DNA from: Candidatus Saccharimonadota bacterium
GTDB taxonomy: Bacteria > Pseudomonadota > Gammaproteobacteria > Enterobacterales > Enterobacteriaceae
DNA length: 32,000 bases
Direction of reading: 5' to 3'
Assembly: GCF_000185985.2 (NCBI RefSeq)
Contig: NC_014909.2
Coordinates: 180,001-212,000 of the forward strand
Position 1 is the first letter of the stretch. Each line of letters begins with the position of its first letter. Of this stretch, positions 22,181 to 31,866 are shown piece after piece. The notes beneath the pieces are model-generated. The model was given only the letters and a program-made list of their open reading frames with translations, was not told the DNA's origin and searched no databases. A program made the translations under genes and the position numbers.

Positions 22181-23098
22181 ATGCTTCAGAATCAGAAATG
22201 TATTACTTATTTAAATCAATTAGAGTCAGAAAGTGTTTATATTATTCGTGAAGTAGCTTCTGAATTTCGTAACCCTGTTATGTTATATTCTATTGGAAAG
22301 GATTCGTCAGTGATGTTGCATTTAGCTAGAAAGGCATTTTATCCTTGTTCTAGGTTGCCTTTCCCTTTATTACATATTGATACGGGGTGGAAATTTCGTG
22401 ATATGTATATTTTTCGTGATAACATAGCTAAATCTTCTGATGTGGATTTATTGATTTATAAAAATCAAGAAGGTATATCGATGGGGATTGATCCATTTGT
22501 TCATGGAAGTTCAAAATATACAAGTATTATGAAAACAGAAAGTTTAAAAAAAGCTTTAAATAAATATGGGTTTGATGCAGCATTTGGAGGGGCTCGTCGA
22601 GATGAAGAAAAAATACGATCTAAAGAACGGATTTTTTCTTTTAGGGATAAGTTTCATGTTTGGAATCCTAAAAATCAACGTCCTGAATTATGGTCAAAAT
22701 ATAATGGCAGGATTAATTCAGGTGAAAGTATTCGTGTGTTTCCTTTATCTAATTGGACAGAATTAGATGTTTGGCAATATATTTTTTTTGAAAAAATTGA
22801 TGTTGTTCCGTTGTATTTAGCTAAAAGTAGACCTGTTTTGCATAGAAATGGTAATTTGATTATGGTGGATGATAATCGAATTGAATTAAAATCTGAAGAA
22901 ATTATAAAAAACCGAATGATTAGATTTCGAACTTTAGGTTGTTGGCCATTAACTGGAGCAATAGAATCAGAAGCAGAAACTTTGCCTAAAGTTATTAAGG
23001 AAATGTTATTGTCTACGAAAAGTGAACGTTCTGGTCGAGTTATTGATTTTGATCAAGTAGGGTCAATGGAAACAAAAAAGCGTCAAGGTTATTTTTAA
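22181..23098 (+). CDS. cysD: Sulfate adenylyltransferase subunit 2
   Basis: Track ORF 22142 (TTG) trimmed to ATG 22181, with AGGA at 22166-22169. [23 protein letters not shown] (PP-loop), [10 protein letters not shown] and the C-terminal KKRQGYF match E. coli CysD. Confidence 0.93.
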   Translation: MLQNQKCITYLNQLESESVYIIREVASEFRNPVMLYSIGKDSSVMLHLARKAFYPCSRLPFPLLHIDTGWKFRDMYIFRDNIAKSSDVDLLIYKNQEGISMGIDPFVHGSSKYTSIMKTESLKKALNKYGFDAAFGGARRDEEKIRSKERIFSFRDKFHVWNPKNQRPELWSKYNGRINSGESIRVFPLSNWTELDVWQYIFFEKIDVVPLYLAKSRPVLHRNGNLIMVDDNRIELKSEEIIKNRMIRFRTLGCWPLTGAIESEAETLPKVIKEMLLSTKSERSGRVIDFDQVGSMETKKRQGYF

Positions 23099-23111
23099 AA
23101 AAGGAATAGTT

Positions 23112-24542
23112 ATGCTCAATATTTTGGAACAAGAAATTATTGATTGTGGAGGTATAGAAAGCTATTTATATACTCAACAAAATAAAACATTATTAAGATT
23201 TTTAACGTGTGGAAGTGTAGATGATGGAAAGAGTACTTTAATTGGTCGTTTATTACATGATACTCAACATGTTTATGATGATCAGTTATGTAACTTGTAT
23301 TCAGATAATGATCAATTTGGGGTACATAAAGATAAGATAGATTTATCATTATTAGTGGATGGATTACAATTAGAACGTATGCAAGGAATTACTATAGATG
23401 TGTCGTATCGTTATTTTTCTTCAAAAAAGCGAAAGTTTATTATAGTTGATACCCCGGGCCATGAAGAATATACTAGAAATATGGTTACTGGAGCTTCTAA
23501 TAGTAATTTGGCAGTTTTATTAGTTGATGCTTGTAAGGGAATACGAAAGCAAACTAAACGTCATTTGTTTATAAGTTTTTTAATGGGGATTAGAACTATT
23601 ATTGTGGTAGTAAATAAGATGGATTTAGTAAATTATGATGAAAAAATATTTCAAGATATTACTATAAAATGTTTAAAGATTAATAGTTATCTATCCGAAA
23701 GTATTAATATGAAATTTATCCCAATATCCGCTTTGGATGGAGATAATGTAATACAATTATCTAAAAATATGTCATGGTATGATGGTCCTACATTGTTTAA
23801 TATACTAGATGATATTAAAATTAATTTTGTTACAGATATTAATGATCAGAAATTACGATTACCAATACAGTATATAATTCGTGATCATTTCAATTTTAGA
23901 GGTTATTCTGGAACCATTGCTTCAGGTAGTCTTCATAAAGGGCAACAAATTAGAGTATTTCCATCTAATATAACGTCTTATATTAAGCAAATTTTGAATT
24001 GTGATAAAAATCAAACTAATGCTTTAACAGGAGAGGCAGTAACAATCACTTTAACAGATGATATTGATGTTAGTAAAGGAGATATATTGATTGATAGTAA
24101 AGAAAAAATAAATTTTGTAGAAAGTGTAGTGATAGATGTTATTTGGATGAAAAAGGATGCGCTAAAAAAAGGGCAATATTTTGATGTGAAAATAACTACG
24201 AAATTTTATAGAGTACAGATAAAAGATATTTATTATCAAATAGATATGCATACTTTTATTCATCAACAAAGTGATGAAATACCATACAATGGTATTGGAG
24301 TAATAGAATTATTGTTTGAAGAGCCGGTAATATTGGATGAATATTTGAAATACCCGGTTACTGGTAGTATGATTTTTATTGATATTTTGAGTAATGATAC
24401 GGTTGGAGCAGGAATGGTAAAAAATTCTAAAATACATCAAGTTGATGAATTGAACAATAAAAAATATAGTGAATTCGAATTAGCTTTACATGAGTTAATT
24501 CAGTTCCATTTTCCTCATTGGAATGTTCCTGATTTGACTTAA
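23112..24542 (+). CDS. cysN: Sulfate adenylyltransferase subunit 1 (GTPase)
   Basis: 476 aa versus 475 in E. coli. LRFLTCGSVDDGKSTLIGRLL (G1), DTPGHE (G3) and NKMD (G4) are present. AAGGA lies 6 nt before the ATG. Confidence 0.93.
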   Translation: MLNILEQEIIDCGGIESYLYTQQNKTLLRFLTCGSVDDGKSTLIGRLLHDTQHVYDDQLCNLYSDNDQFGVHKDKIDLSLLVDGLQLERMQGITIDVSYRYFSSKKRKFIIVDTPGHEEYTRNMVTGASNSNLAVLLVDACKGIRKQTKRHLFISFLMGIRTIIVVVNKMDLVNYDEKIFQDITIKCLKINSYLSESINMKFIPISALDGDNVIQLSKNMSWYDGPTLFNILDDIKINFVTDINDQKLRLPIQYIIRDHFNFRGYSGTIASGSLHKGQQIRVFPSNITSYIKQILNCDKNQTNALTGEAVTITLTDDIDVSKGDILIDSKEKINFVESVVIDVIWMKKDALKKGQYFDVKITTKFYRVQIKDIYYQIDMHTFIHQQSDEIPYNGIGVIELLFEEPVILDEYLKYPVTGSMIFIDILSNDTVGAGMVKNSKIHQVDELNNKKYSEFELALHELIQFHFPHWNVPDLT

Positions 24543-24569
24543 TTGAAAATAATTGAGCATATTTATAAT

Positions 24570-25187
24570 ATGATGATTAAAAATAATAATGGTTTTCGTG
24601 GTAGAAATATTAGTTGGAGTTCCTATTGTATTAATAGGAAAAATAGAGAAAAATTACATAAACATCGTGCTATAGTATTGTGGTTTACTGGATTATCAGG
24701 ATCTGGTAAAACAACTTTAGCTTCTTTTTTAGAAGAAAGGTTATATCATGAAGGGATTAGTACTTATGTTTTAGATGGAGATAATATTAGATATGGGTTA
24801 TGTAGTAATTTATCATTTAGTCATCAGGATAGGTATGAAAATATACGTAGGGCAGGGGAAGTAGCCTGGTTGATGTTTGATGCTGGGCTAGTTGTGTTGG
24901 TTGCGTTTATTTCTCCATGTAGTTCTGATCGAAAAATGGTACGTAATATGTTTTTTAAAAATTGTTTTTTGGAAATTTATATTGATACTCCTATTGAAGT
25001 TTGTAAAAGTAGAGATTCAAAAAATTTATATAAGCAAGTTCAAGAAGGAAAAATAAAAAATTTTACTGGTATAGATTCTCCGTATGAATCCCCCGAAAAT
25101 CCAGATATTTATTTAGATGGGACAAAAACTATACAGGAATTAATTAATCAGTTATTTGACGCTGTCATTTTAAAAATTTTTGTTTAG
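24570..25187 (+). CDS. cysC: Adenylyl-sulfate (APS) kinase
   Basis: VLWFTGLSGSGKTTLA (P-loop), LDGDNIRYGL and NFTGIDSPYE match E. coli CysC. The start is ambiguous: ATG 24570 is chosen, and TTG 24543, directly after the cysN stop, is also in frame. Confidence 0.88.
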   Translation: MMIKNNNGFRGRNISWSSYCINRKNREKLHKHRAIVLWFTGLSGSGKTTLASFLEERLYHEGISTYVLDGDNIRYGLCSNLSFSHQDRYENIRRAGEVAWLMFDAGLVVLVAFISPCSSDRKMVRNMFFKNCFLEIYIDTPIEVCKSRDSKNLYKQVQEGKIKNFTGIDSPYESPENPDIYLDGTKTIQELINQLFDAVILKIFV

Positions 25188-25353
25188 TTTTGATAAGAAT
25201 ATAAAAGAATAATGTTAATATGTCTTAATGATGCATAGTGTATTTTTTATGAAAATCATAAGCAGTTTTTGATAATTCATATCAATGGTCATAAAAAATA
25301 ATCAGCATGGATTTTGAGTTAAATATATAGTATTATAGTGTGATATATGTTTT

Positions 25354-25635
25354 ATGGGTAAATCAGGTTATTTGTTGTTGGTAATATTAGTTTGGATACA
25401 ATACTCGTTGTGGTTAGGTAAGAATGGCATTTTAGTTTGTATCAATATTTATAATGAAAGAAAATTATATAAATGTATGAATAATATCGATCAGATGAAG
25501 ATTCGAAATAGCCAATTATTATTAGAAATTCATGATTTGCTTTATGGGTATGAGTTAATTGAAGAGCATGCGAGATATAACTTAGGTATGATTAAAAAAG
25601 ATGAAATCTTTTATTGTATTAAATTTAATGATTAA
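25354..25635 (+). CDS. ftsB: Cell division protein FtsB
   Basis: 93 aa. The N-terminus MGK..LLLVILVWIQYSLWLGKNGI closely matches E. coli FtsB, followed by a coiled-coil region. It lies upstream of ispD-ispF, as in E. coli. Confidence 0.85.
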   Translation: MGKSGYLLLVILVWIQYSLWLGKNGILVCINIYNERKLYKCMNNIDQMKIRNSQLLLEIHDLLYGYELIEEHARYNLGMIKKDEIFYCIKFND

Positions 25636-25701
25636 GTTTTACATTGTATATCTAAACAGATAGATCTGCATAATGTATTATGCACATCTTATATAAATTG
25701 T

Positions 25702-26430
25702 ATGTATTTAGATCATAATAATTTTCCAGATATGACTGCTATCCTGCCTGCAGCAGGAATAGGGGGGCGTATGCATAGCTTTCCACCAAAGCAGTATTGC
25801 ATTATTGGTAATAAAACATTGATTGAATATTCCATCAATGTTTTATTACAGCAGTCTAATATTAAGCATTGTATTGTGGTTATTAATTGCAATGATAATT
25901 GGTTTAGTAAATTGTCTGTGTCTTATGACCCGAGAGTTAGTGTTGTAATTGGAGGAAAAACAAGAGCTGATTCTGTTATGGCTGGACTAAAACATGTTAA
26001 GAAATCAATGTGGGTGATCATACATGATGCAGTGCGGCCTTGTTTGCATTATCAAGATTTATTGCGTTTATTTAAAATTACCCAATTTTCAAAGATAGGA
26101 GGTATTTTAGCAACTCCTGTTGTTAATACGGTTAAAAAGGCTTATGTTGGCTCTAATTTTATTAGTCATACCGTAAGTCGTAATGATTTATGGCATTCTT
26201 TAACCCCGCAATTATTTAATTATAATCTCTTAAAAAAATGTCTTGAAAAAGCTTTAATAAATCAAATCATCATCTCTGATGAAGCTTCGGCGATAGAATA
26301 TTGTGGATATACTTCTATTTTAGTAAGGGGGAGGTCAGATAATATAAAAATTACCTATAAAGATGATTTAAGATTAGCTAAGTTTTATTTATCTGAAATA
26401 TACAGAAATAAAAATATTTTTAAAATATGA
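25702..26430 (+). CDS. ispD: 2-C-methyl-D-erythritol 4-phosphate cytidylyltransferase
   Basis: 242 aa versus 236 in E. coli. [27 protein letters not shown] and DEASAIEY are conserved. An alternative internal ATG at 25732 is less consistent with the E. coli N-terminus length. Confidence 0.9.
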   Translation: MYLDHNNFPDMTAILPAAGIGGRMHSFPPKQYCIIGNKTLIEYSINVLLQQSNIKHCIVVINCNDNWFSKLSVSYDPRVSVVIGGKTRADSVMAGLKHVKKSMWVIIHDAVRPCLHYQDLLRLFKITQFSKIGGILATPVVNTVKKAYVGSNFISHTVSRNDLWHSLTPQLFNYNLLKKCLEKALINQIIISDEASAIEYCGYTSILVRGRSDNIKITYKDDLRLAKFYLSEIYRNKNIFKI

Positions 26431-26900
26431 TACGTATTGGTCATGGATTTGATGTGCATAGGTTTGGTGGATGTCGACCTTTAATTATAGGAGGAGTACT
26501 TGTACCTTTTGAGAAGAAGGTAGTGGCTCACTCAGATGGGGATGTAGTTATACATTCTATTATAGATGCATTATTAGGAGCGTCTTCTAATAGAGATATT
26601 GGAACGTTATTTTCAGATACTGATAGTCGATATAATAATATAAATAGCCGAATTTTATTACGTACAGTTTGGAATAAAATTTCTGATCAGGGATATTCGA
26701 TAGGTAATATTGACGTTACAGTAATTTTACAGCAACCTACAATACAAAAGTACATTTCTCAAATGATTTATTATCTTTCACAAGATTTAAATTGTGTCTT
26801 GTCTGCTATTAATATAAAGGCTACTACCACAGAAGATTTAGGATATATTGGTCGATCCGAAGGTATAGCTTGTACTGCAATAGTTTTATTAAAAAAATAA
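26427..26900 (+). CDS. ispF: 2-C-methyl-D-erythritol 2,4-cyclodiphosphate synthase
   Basis: ATGA overlap with the ispD stop. [24 protein letters not shown] and [19 protein letters not shown] match E. coli IspF (157 versus 159 aa). Confidence 0.93.
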   Translation: MIRIGHGFDVHRFGGCRPLIIGGVLVPFEKKVVAHSDGDVVIHSIIDALLGASSNRDIGTLFSDTDSRYNNINSRILLRTVWNKISDQGYSIGNIDVTVILQQPTIQKYISQMIYYLSQDLNCVLSAINIKATTTEDLGYIGRSEGIACTAIVLLKK

Positions 26901-27507
26901 TTATATAAAATATATATGCATTATAGTTTATGTGAAATACGGAGTAAGATAATTGTATAGTTACTAAAAATTATCTAATTTTAATAGATTGAAAAATTGG
27001 TTAAATAATTTATAGTGTACGTTTTATATCATGGTGATATCGAAAAAATTAACATTGTAATTTTAATAATGAAACATACTAGAGTAGTATTACGGATTTT
27101 TTATTTTTACTATTATAAGATAATTAAAAATTTTAAATTTGTTTATATTTATAATCTAACATTAATTAATTAATGTTCTTTTTTATAGAAAATAATGAAT
27201 GGAAATTTTATTTTTATATTTTTATATTATGTGCTAATTGTCGTTGTGATAGGAATATAGTGATTATTATAAATTTTATAGTTTGCGAAGTGTATATTAA
27301 TGCTGTTAATAAAATGAATTCATTATTTTAGTGTATTGAAAACATAATAATGTATATCTTAAATTAGAATATTGTATATATATTAGGTATTTTTTTATTA
27401 TTGTTACTATATATATGTAATTTTTGATCATGTTTTTTATGTATGTGTATATATAAAAAAATAGAGATTTTTAAACTTACAAAAGAGTAGGAGCCCAAGT
27501 ATTTAAT
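26901..27507. other. 0.6 kb ORF-free AT-rich spacer between ispF and nlpD (position of truD-surE-pcm in E. coli)
   Basis: The track shows no ORF of 60 aa or more on either strand. I could recognise no TruD, SurE or Pcm motif by eye. Confidence 0.5.
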
Positions 27508-28398
27508 ATGTTAGATGAGATTTTGGTAGTATATAAAATGGTAATTTTTACTTTTTTAGAAATATTATTATATTTTGGAATATATTTAAATTTAGATTTT
27601 TATATGCCATATCGTATGTATTTTAATACTGTAAAGTGTATATCTTGTATTGAACAATGGCGATTCTGTTATGCTCCCGAAAAACATAATTTTTTTCATG
27701 AATATAATAACTTAAATTATAATGTATATAAGGATTCAGTATATGTGGTAAAGGCTGGAGATACTTTATTTTATATAGCTTGGATAACTGGAAATAATTA
27801 TTTAGATTTATCAAAAAAAAATAATATTAGTGATATTAATATGTTAAAAGTAGGGCAAGTTATAAAAGTGAAGCAGAATATTATAATATGGTCATTATAT
27901 TGTATTAGAAATAAAATTAAAGAAAAATATATACTCCTACGAAAGACATATATAAAATTATATAAAATCAATTTTTTTAATAATATAACGAGTTGTTTTA
28001 ATAAATCTGATAAAATTATATTTACTTATTACTGGGCTCGTCCAACTTTAGGGAAGATAATTAATACTTTTTCTGATTGCGAAGGAGGCAATAAAGGAAT
28101 TGATATATCTGGGTTATTTAATCAACCTATTTTTGCCGCGTATTCTGGAAAAGTAATATATGTAGGTGATGTGTTAAAGGGGTATGGTAATTTAATAATT
28201 ATTAAGCATGATAATGATTATTTGAGTGCTTATGCTCATAATAATAAAATTTTAGTTACTGAAAGACAACAAGTTAAAACAGGTGAACAAATTGCTACTA
28301 TGGGAAACAGTGGAACAAATGAAGTGAAATTACATTTTGAAATTAGACATAAAGGAAAATCTGTTAATCCATTATTTTTAATATCTTTTACATACTAA
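27508..28398 (+). CDS. nlpD: LysM + degenerate LytM (M23) domain protein, NlpD-like amidase activator
   Basis: LysM segment VYVVKAGDTLFYIAWITGNNYLDLSKKNNI is nearly identical to E. coli NlpD. C-terminal LytM domain motifs GGNKGIDISG, GYGNLIIIKHDNDYLSAYAHN and KLHFEIRHKGKSVNP are present. AGGAG at 27489-27493 precedes ATG 27508. The N-terminus and start are uncertain (alternative ATG at 27538). Confidence 0.8.
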   Translation: MLDEILVVYKMVIFTFLEILLYFGIYLNLDFYMPYRMYFNTVKCISCIEQWRFCYAPEKHNFFHEYNNLNYNVYKDSVYVVKAGDTLFYIAWITGNNYLDLSKKNNISDINMLKVGQVIKVKQNIIIWSLYCIRNKIKEKYILLRKTYIKLYKINFFNNITSCFNKSDKIIFTYYWARPTLGKIINTFSDCEGGNKGIDISGLFNQPIFAAYSGKVIYVGDVLKGYGNLIIIKHDNDYLSAYAHNNKILVTERQQVKTGEQIATMGNSGTNEVKLHFEIRHKGKSVNPLFLISFTY

Positions 28399-28600
28399 TA
28401 TAATACGAGAAGTATATATATGTATATAAAGAGGGATTTTGTTTACGTATACTGGTTTAATTTGATTTATAAATAAAATCATCGTAATATTAAAGCATCA
28501 TATATAAATTGTAAATTTGCGTTTGCAATATTTAGCAGTGATTACTAATATGATAATTTAATATTAGATGAAAATATAAATAGTATGAGATAGAATTTAC

Positions 28601-31255
28601 ATGTATAAAAGTATTGTAGATGTACGTCAAGAATTTTTAAATTTTTTTCATAAAAAGGAACATCAGATTATTTCTAGTAGTTCTTTAATTCCTGAGAATG
28701 ATCAAACGTTATTGTTTACTAATTCTGGGATGAATCAGTTTAAAAATATTTTTTTAGGAATAGAAAAGGTATTATTTAAACGAGTTGTTACTGCGCAACG
28801 TTGTATGCGAGCTGGAGGTAAACATAATGATTTAAATAATGTGGGTTATACTGAAAGGCATTTAACATTTTTTGAGATGTTGGGAAATTTTAGTTTTGGA
28901 GATTATTTTAAAGATAGCGCTATTGAATTTGCTTGGGAATTATTAACTGATTCAAATTGGTTTGCTTTATCTAAGGATAAAATTTGGATTACTACTCATA
29001 TTTGTGATAATGAGTCTTATGATATTTGGACTAAACATATTGGAATATCAAAAAAAAGGGTTATTAAGATCGGTAGTAAAAATGGACATTATTCTGATTC
29101 AGACAATTTTTGGAAAATGGGTAATATTGGCCCGTGTGGGCCTTGTTCAGAAATTTTTTATGATTTAGGTGATAAGTTTCCGGGTGTTCCTCCTAACAAT
29201 GATATGACAGCATCTAGTGAAAGGTATGTTGAGATTTGGAATTTAGTATTTATGCAATTTAATCAACGGTCAAATGGAAATTTAGAATCTCTTCCTATGT
29301 TATCTGTAGATACAGGTATGGGATTAGAACGTATAACTGCGATATTACAGGGAATGTGTAGTAATTATTTGATTGATGTATTTAAAAATTTGATTATTTC
29401 TATATCTGAGGTAATGAATGTTAAAAAATCTATTGCGGATAGGTCATTGTATGTGATAGCAGATCATATTCGTGCATGTGCTTTTTTAATTAAAGATGGA
29501 ATTATTCCTGATAATGAAGGACGTGGTTATGTATTACGTCGTATTATTCGCAGAGCTGTTTGTCATGGAAGAAAACTAGGAGTAAATGGTATTTTTTTTT
29601 ATAAATTAGTAACACCTTTGATTAGTAGTATGAGTTATATAACTGAAATTTTATGTGATCAAGTAGATTTAATAGAAAAAATTTTATTTAATGAAGAAAA
29701 ATTATTTGAAAATACTTTAAATAAGGGATTAAAGTTGTTACGAAAATCCTTAATAGAATTAAAAAACAATAAGATTTTAAGTGGTCGAGTTGCGTTTCAA
29801 TTGTATTCTACTTATGGTTTTCCGTTAGATCTAACTCAAGATATTTGTCATGAATATAATATAAAAATTGATCAATTAGAGTTTGATCAAATTATGTTAA
29901 AAGAAAAAAAACAGTCAAAACAATTAAATCGATTTTGTAGAGTCTCTGGTGATATTACTATACCTATTGATATAAGTAGTATATTTGTAGGATATAAACA
30001 TGTTACTTATAGAGCTAAAATTATTGCATTATTTCAAAATAATGAAGCAGTTAAAATAGTTAAATCAAACACGGAGAGTATGGTGATTCTTGACTTTACT
30101 CCTTTTTATGGAGAATCAGGAGGACAAATAGGAGATTGTGGATATTTAAGGGCAGAATCTGGAGGAGTGTTTGAGGTTAGGAATACTAAAAAATATGGAA
30201 ATATTACAGTTCAGATTGGAATATTAAAAAGTGGAAAGATTAACGTAGGAGAGGAAGTTTTTGCTCAAGTTAACCCATTGAAAAGAAAATTAATTTGTTT
30301 AAATCATTCAGCTACACATTTACTACATGCAGCATTATTAGAAATTTTAGGCTCTCATGTTACTCAAAAAGGATCTTTAATAAATGATAGATGTCTACGT
30401 TTTGATTTTTCACATTATGACGCTATGACAGAAAAGCAGATAAACTCAGTAGAAAATTTTATAAATCAACAAATTTGGAGTAATTGGGTTATTACGGAAG
30501 ATTTAATGCCAATAGAATCAGCTTATAATAATACTGATATTATAATGTTATCGAAAAAACAGTATAATCAAGAAGTTCGTGTTGTGCGAATAGGTAATTT
30601 TTCTAGTGAATTATGCACAGGTACTCATTCGAAGAATACTGGGAAGATAGGATTATTTGTAATTGTTAAGGAATTGGGTATTGGAGCTGGTATCAGACGT
30701 ATAGAAGCAACAACTAAAGATTTAGCATTATCTATAATACAACGTAAAAGAACGTTAATTCAGAATATTATACAAATAATGCATACTGATGATGATCATT
30801 TATTAAATAAAATACATGCTTTGAAATTATTTTCTAATAAGTTAGAAAAAGAAATAAGAGTATTAAAGAATAAACAAGAAACTCAAAAGATTTTATCTTC
30901 TGCACATGAGGTTTATTATATTAAGAATGTGCCAATATTAGTAAAGCAAATTGAAAATATAGAATTAGAAACAGTATTTTATATGGTAGGTTGTATTAAG
31001 AGACATTTAAAATCTGGATTAATTGTATTGATTAATACTAGAATAAATAATTCAATTCATTTGATAGTAAGTGTAACTGAAGATCTAATTGAGCGTAATC
31101 ATATCAATTCTTTGGATGTAGTGCATTATATTATGCATAATGTTGGAGGAAAAGGTGGTGGTAAATCTGATTTTGCTCAGGCTAAAATTGATAATGTAAT
31201 AAATAAATCTGAATTTGTAGCTAATGTAAAATTATTGTTAAGGAATTTTTTATAA
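28601..31255 (+). CDS. alaS: Alanine--tRNA ligase
   Basis: 884 aa versus 876 in E. coli Ala[29 protein letters not shown], the editing-domain motifs HSATHLLH and ELCTGTH, and the C-terminal [13 protein letters not shown] are present. Confidence 0.95.
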   Translation: MYKSIVDVRQEFLNFFHKKEHQIISSSSLIPENDQTLLFTNSGMNQFKNIFLGIEKVLFKRVVTAQRCMRAGGKHNDLNNVGYTERHLTFFEMLGNFSFGDYFKDSAIEFAWELLTDSNWFALSKDKIWITTHICDNESYDIWTKHIGISKKRVIKIGSKNGHYSDSDNFWKMGNIGPCGPCSEIFYDLGDKFPGVPPNNDMTASSERYVEIWNLVFMQFNQRSNGNLESLPMLSVDTGMGLERITAILQGMCSNYLIDVFKNLIISISEVMNVKKSIADRSLYVIADHIRACAFLIKDGIIPDNEGRGYVLRRIIRRAVCHGRKLGVNGIFFYKLVTPLISSMSYITEILCDQVDLIEKILFNEEKLFENTLNKGLKLLRKSLIELKNNKILSGRVAFQLYSTYGFPLDLTQDICHEYNIKIDQLEFDQIMLKEKKQSKQLNRFCRVSGDITIPIDISSIFVGYKHVTYRAKIIALFQNNEAVKIVKSNTESMVILDFTPFYGESGGQIGDCGYLRAESGGVFEVRNTKKYGNITVQIGILKSGKINVGEEVFAQVNPLKRKLICLNHSATHLLHAALLEILGSHVTQKGSLINDRCLRFDFSHYDAMTEKQINSVENFINQQIWSNWVITEDLMPIESAYNNTDIIMLSKKQYNQEVRVVRIGNFSSELCTGTHSKNTGKIGLFVIVKELGIGAGIRRIEATTKDLALSIIQRKRTLIQNIIQIMHTDDDHLLNKIHALKLFSNKLEKEIRVLKNKQETQKILSSAHEVYYIKNVPILVKQIENIELETVFYMVGCIKRHLKSGLIVLINTRINNSIHLIVSVTEDLIERNHINSLDVVHYIMHNVGGKGGGKSDFAQAKIDNVINKSEFVANVKLLLRNFL

Positions 31256-31384
31256 AAACTTAGAAACATAACTCAAGAGATGATTAATTATTGATGTGTG
31301 TTTCATAAAATATATATACGATGATGTATGAGAAGATATTAATAGGTATGATATACTAATAAATTTTAGTTATTTAATTTTTTC

Positions 31385-31394
31385 AAGGAAGGAG
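31385..31394 (+). promoter_or_regulatory. csrA ribosome-binding site with tandem GGA motifs
   Basis: AAGGAAGGAG lies 6 nt upstream of the csrA ATG. GGA is the core CsrA recognition element, and E. coli CsrA is known to bind its own leader. Autoregulation here is inference only. Confidence 0.4.
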
Positions 31395-31400
31395 TAAAGA

Positions 31401-31571
31401 ATGCTTATTCTAACTCGCCGAGTTGGTGAAACTTTAATTATTGGGGATGAAATAACAGTAACTGTGTTGGGGGTGAAAGGCAATCAAATTCGTATTGGTG
31501 TAAATGCGCCTAAAAAAATATCTATACATAGAGAAGAAATTTATCGTAAGATTCAAGATGAAAAAAATTAG
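31401..31571 (+). CDS. csrA: Carbon storage regulator CsrA (RNA-binding global regulator)
   Basis: Not in the supplied track because it is shorter than 60 aa. My own translation is [56 protein letters not shown] (56 aa, TAG at 31569-31571). It is nearly identical to E. coli CsrA over residues 1-50. Strong SD AAGGAAGGAG lies at 31385-31394. It sits downstream of alaS, as in E. coli. Confidence 0.92.
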   Translation: MLILTRRVGETLIIGDEITVTVLGVKGNQIRIGVNAPKKISIHREEIYRKIQDEKN

Positions 31572-31776
31572 ATATACTGCATATAAAATGATTTTTAATG
31601 AACCGCAGCATAATATAATAATTAATAATTTTTATGTTTTTAATTAAGAGTATTTTATAGATGATGTTGTTTGTAATTTAAAATATTCATGAGTTTAATA
31701 AAACATTTATTTTTAAAGTATAAAAATATAAAATAATAGTATGTATGATTATCAAAAAATAAAAATACATAATGTC

Positions 31777-31866
31777 AGTGAGGTGGCCGAGAGGCTGAAG
31801 GCACTCCCCTGCTAAGGGAGTATATGAGTGTATATCGTATCGAGGGTTCGAATCCCTCCCTCACTG
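31777..31866 (+). tRNA. serV: tRNA-Ser (anticodon GCU), long variable arm, no encoded CCA
   Basis: Hand-folded. The acceptor AGTGAGG (31777-31783) pairs with CCTCACT (31859-31865), with discriminator G at 31866. The anticodon stem CTCCC/GGGAG carries the loop CTGCTAA, with GCT at 31811-31813. The T arm is GAGGG-TTCGAAT-CCCTC. The 5' half is near-identical to E. coli serV. The next bases are TGT, so no CCA is encoded. Confidence 0.9.

Noticed and set aside
22566-22766. 66-aa alternate-frame ORF inside cysD
   Set aside because: It is on the same strand but out of frame with the conserved cysD sequence. There is no evidence for overlapping coding.
23137-23349. 70-aa minus-strand ORF inside cysN
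   Set aside because: It is an antisense shadow of the cysN GTPase domain.
26905-26931. AT-only imperfect hairpin immediately after the ispF stop
   Set aside because: It has 9 A:T pairs with an internal mismatch and no G:C pairs. It would be too unstable and is too common in this composition to call a terminator.
27158-27177. Perfect 20-bp palindrome AACATTAATTAATTAATGTT in the ispF-nlpD spacer
   Set aside because: It is made of low-complexity TAAT repeats in very AT-rich DNA. By rough estimate, one such palindrome per window is not far from chance expectation. There is no flanking context that suggests an operator or an element terminus.
27623-27814. 63-aa minus-strand ORF inside nlpD
   Set aside because: It is antisense to nlpD, including its conserved LysM segment, and has no supporting signals.
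28962-29168. 68-aa alternate-frame ORF inside alaS
   Set aside because: It is out of frame within the conserved catalytic domain of alaS.
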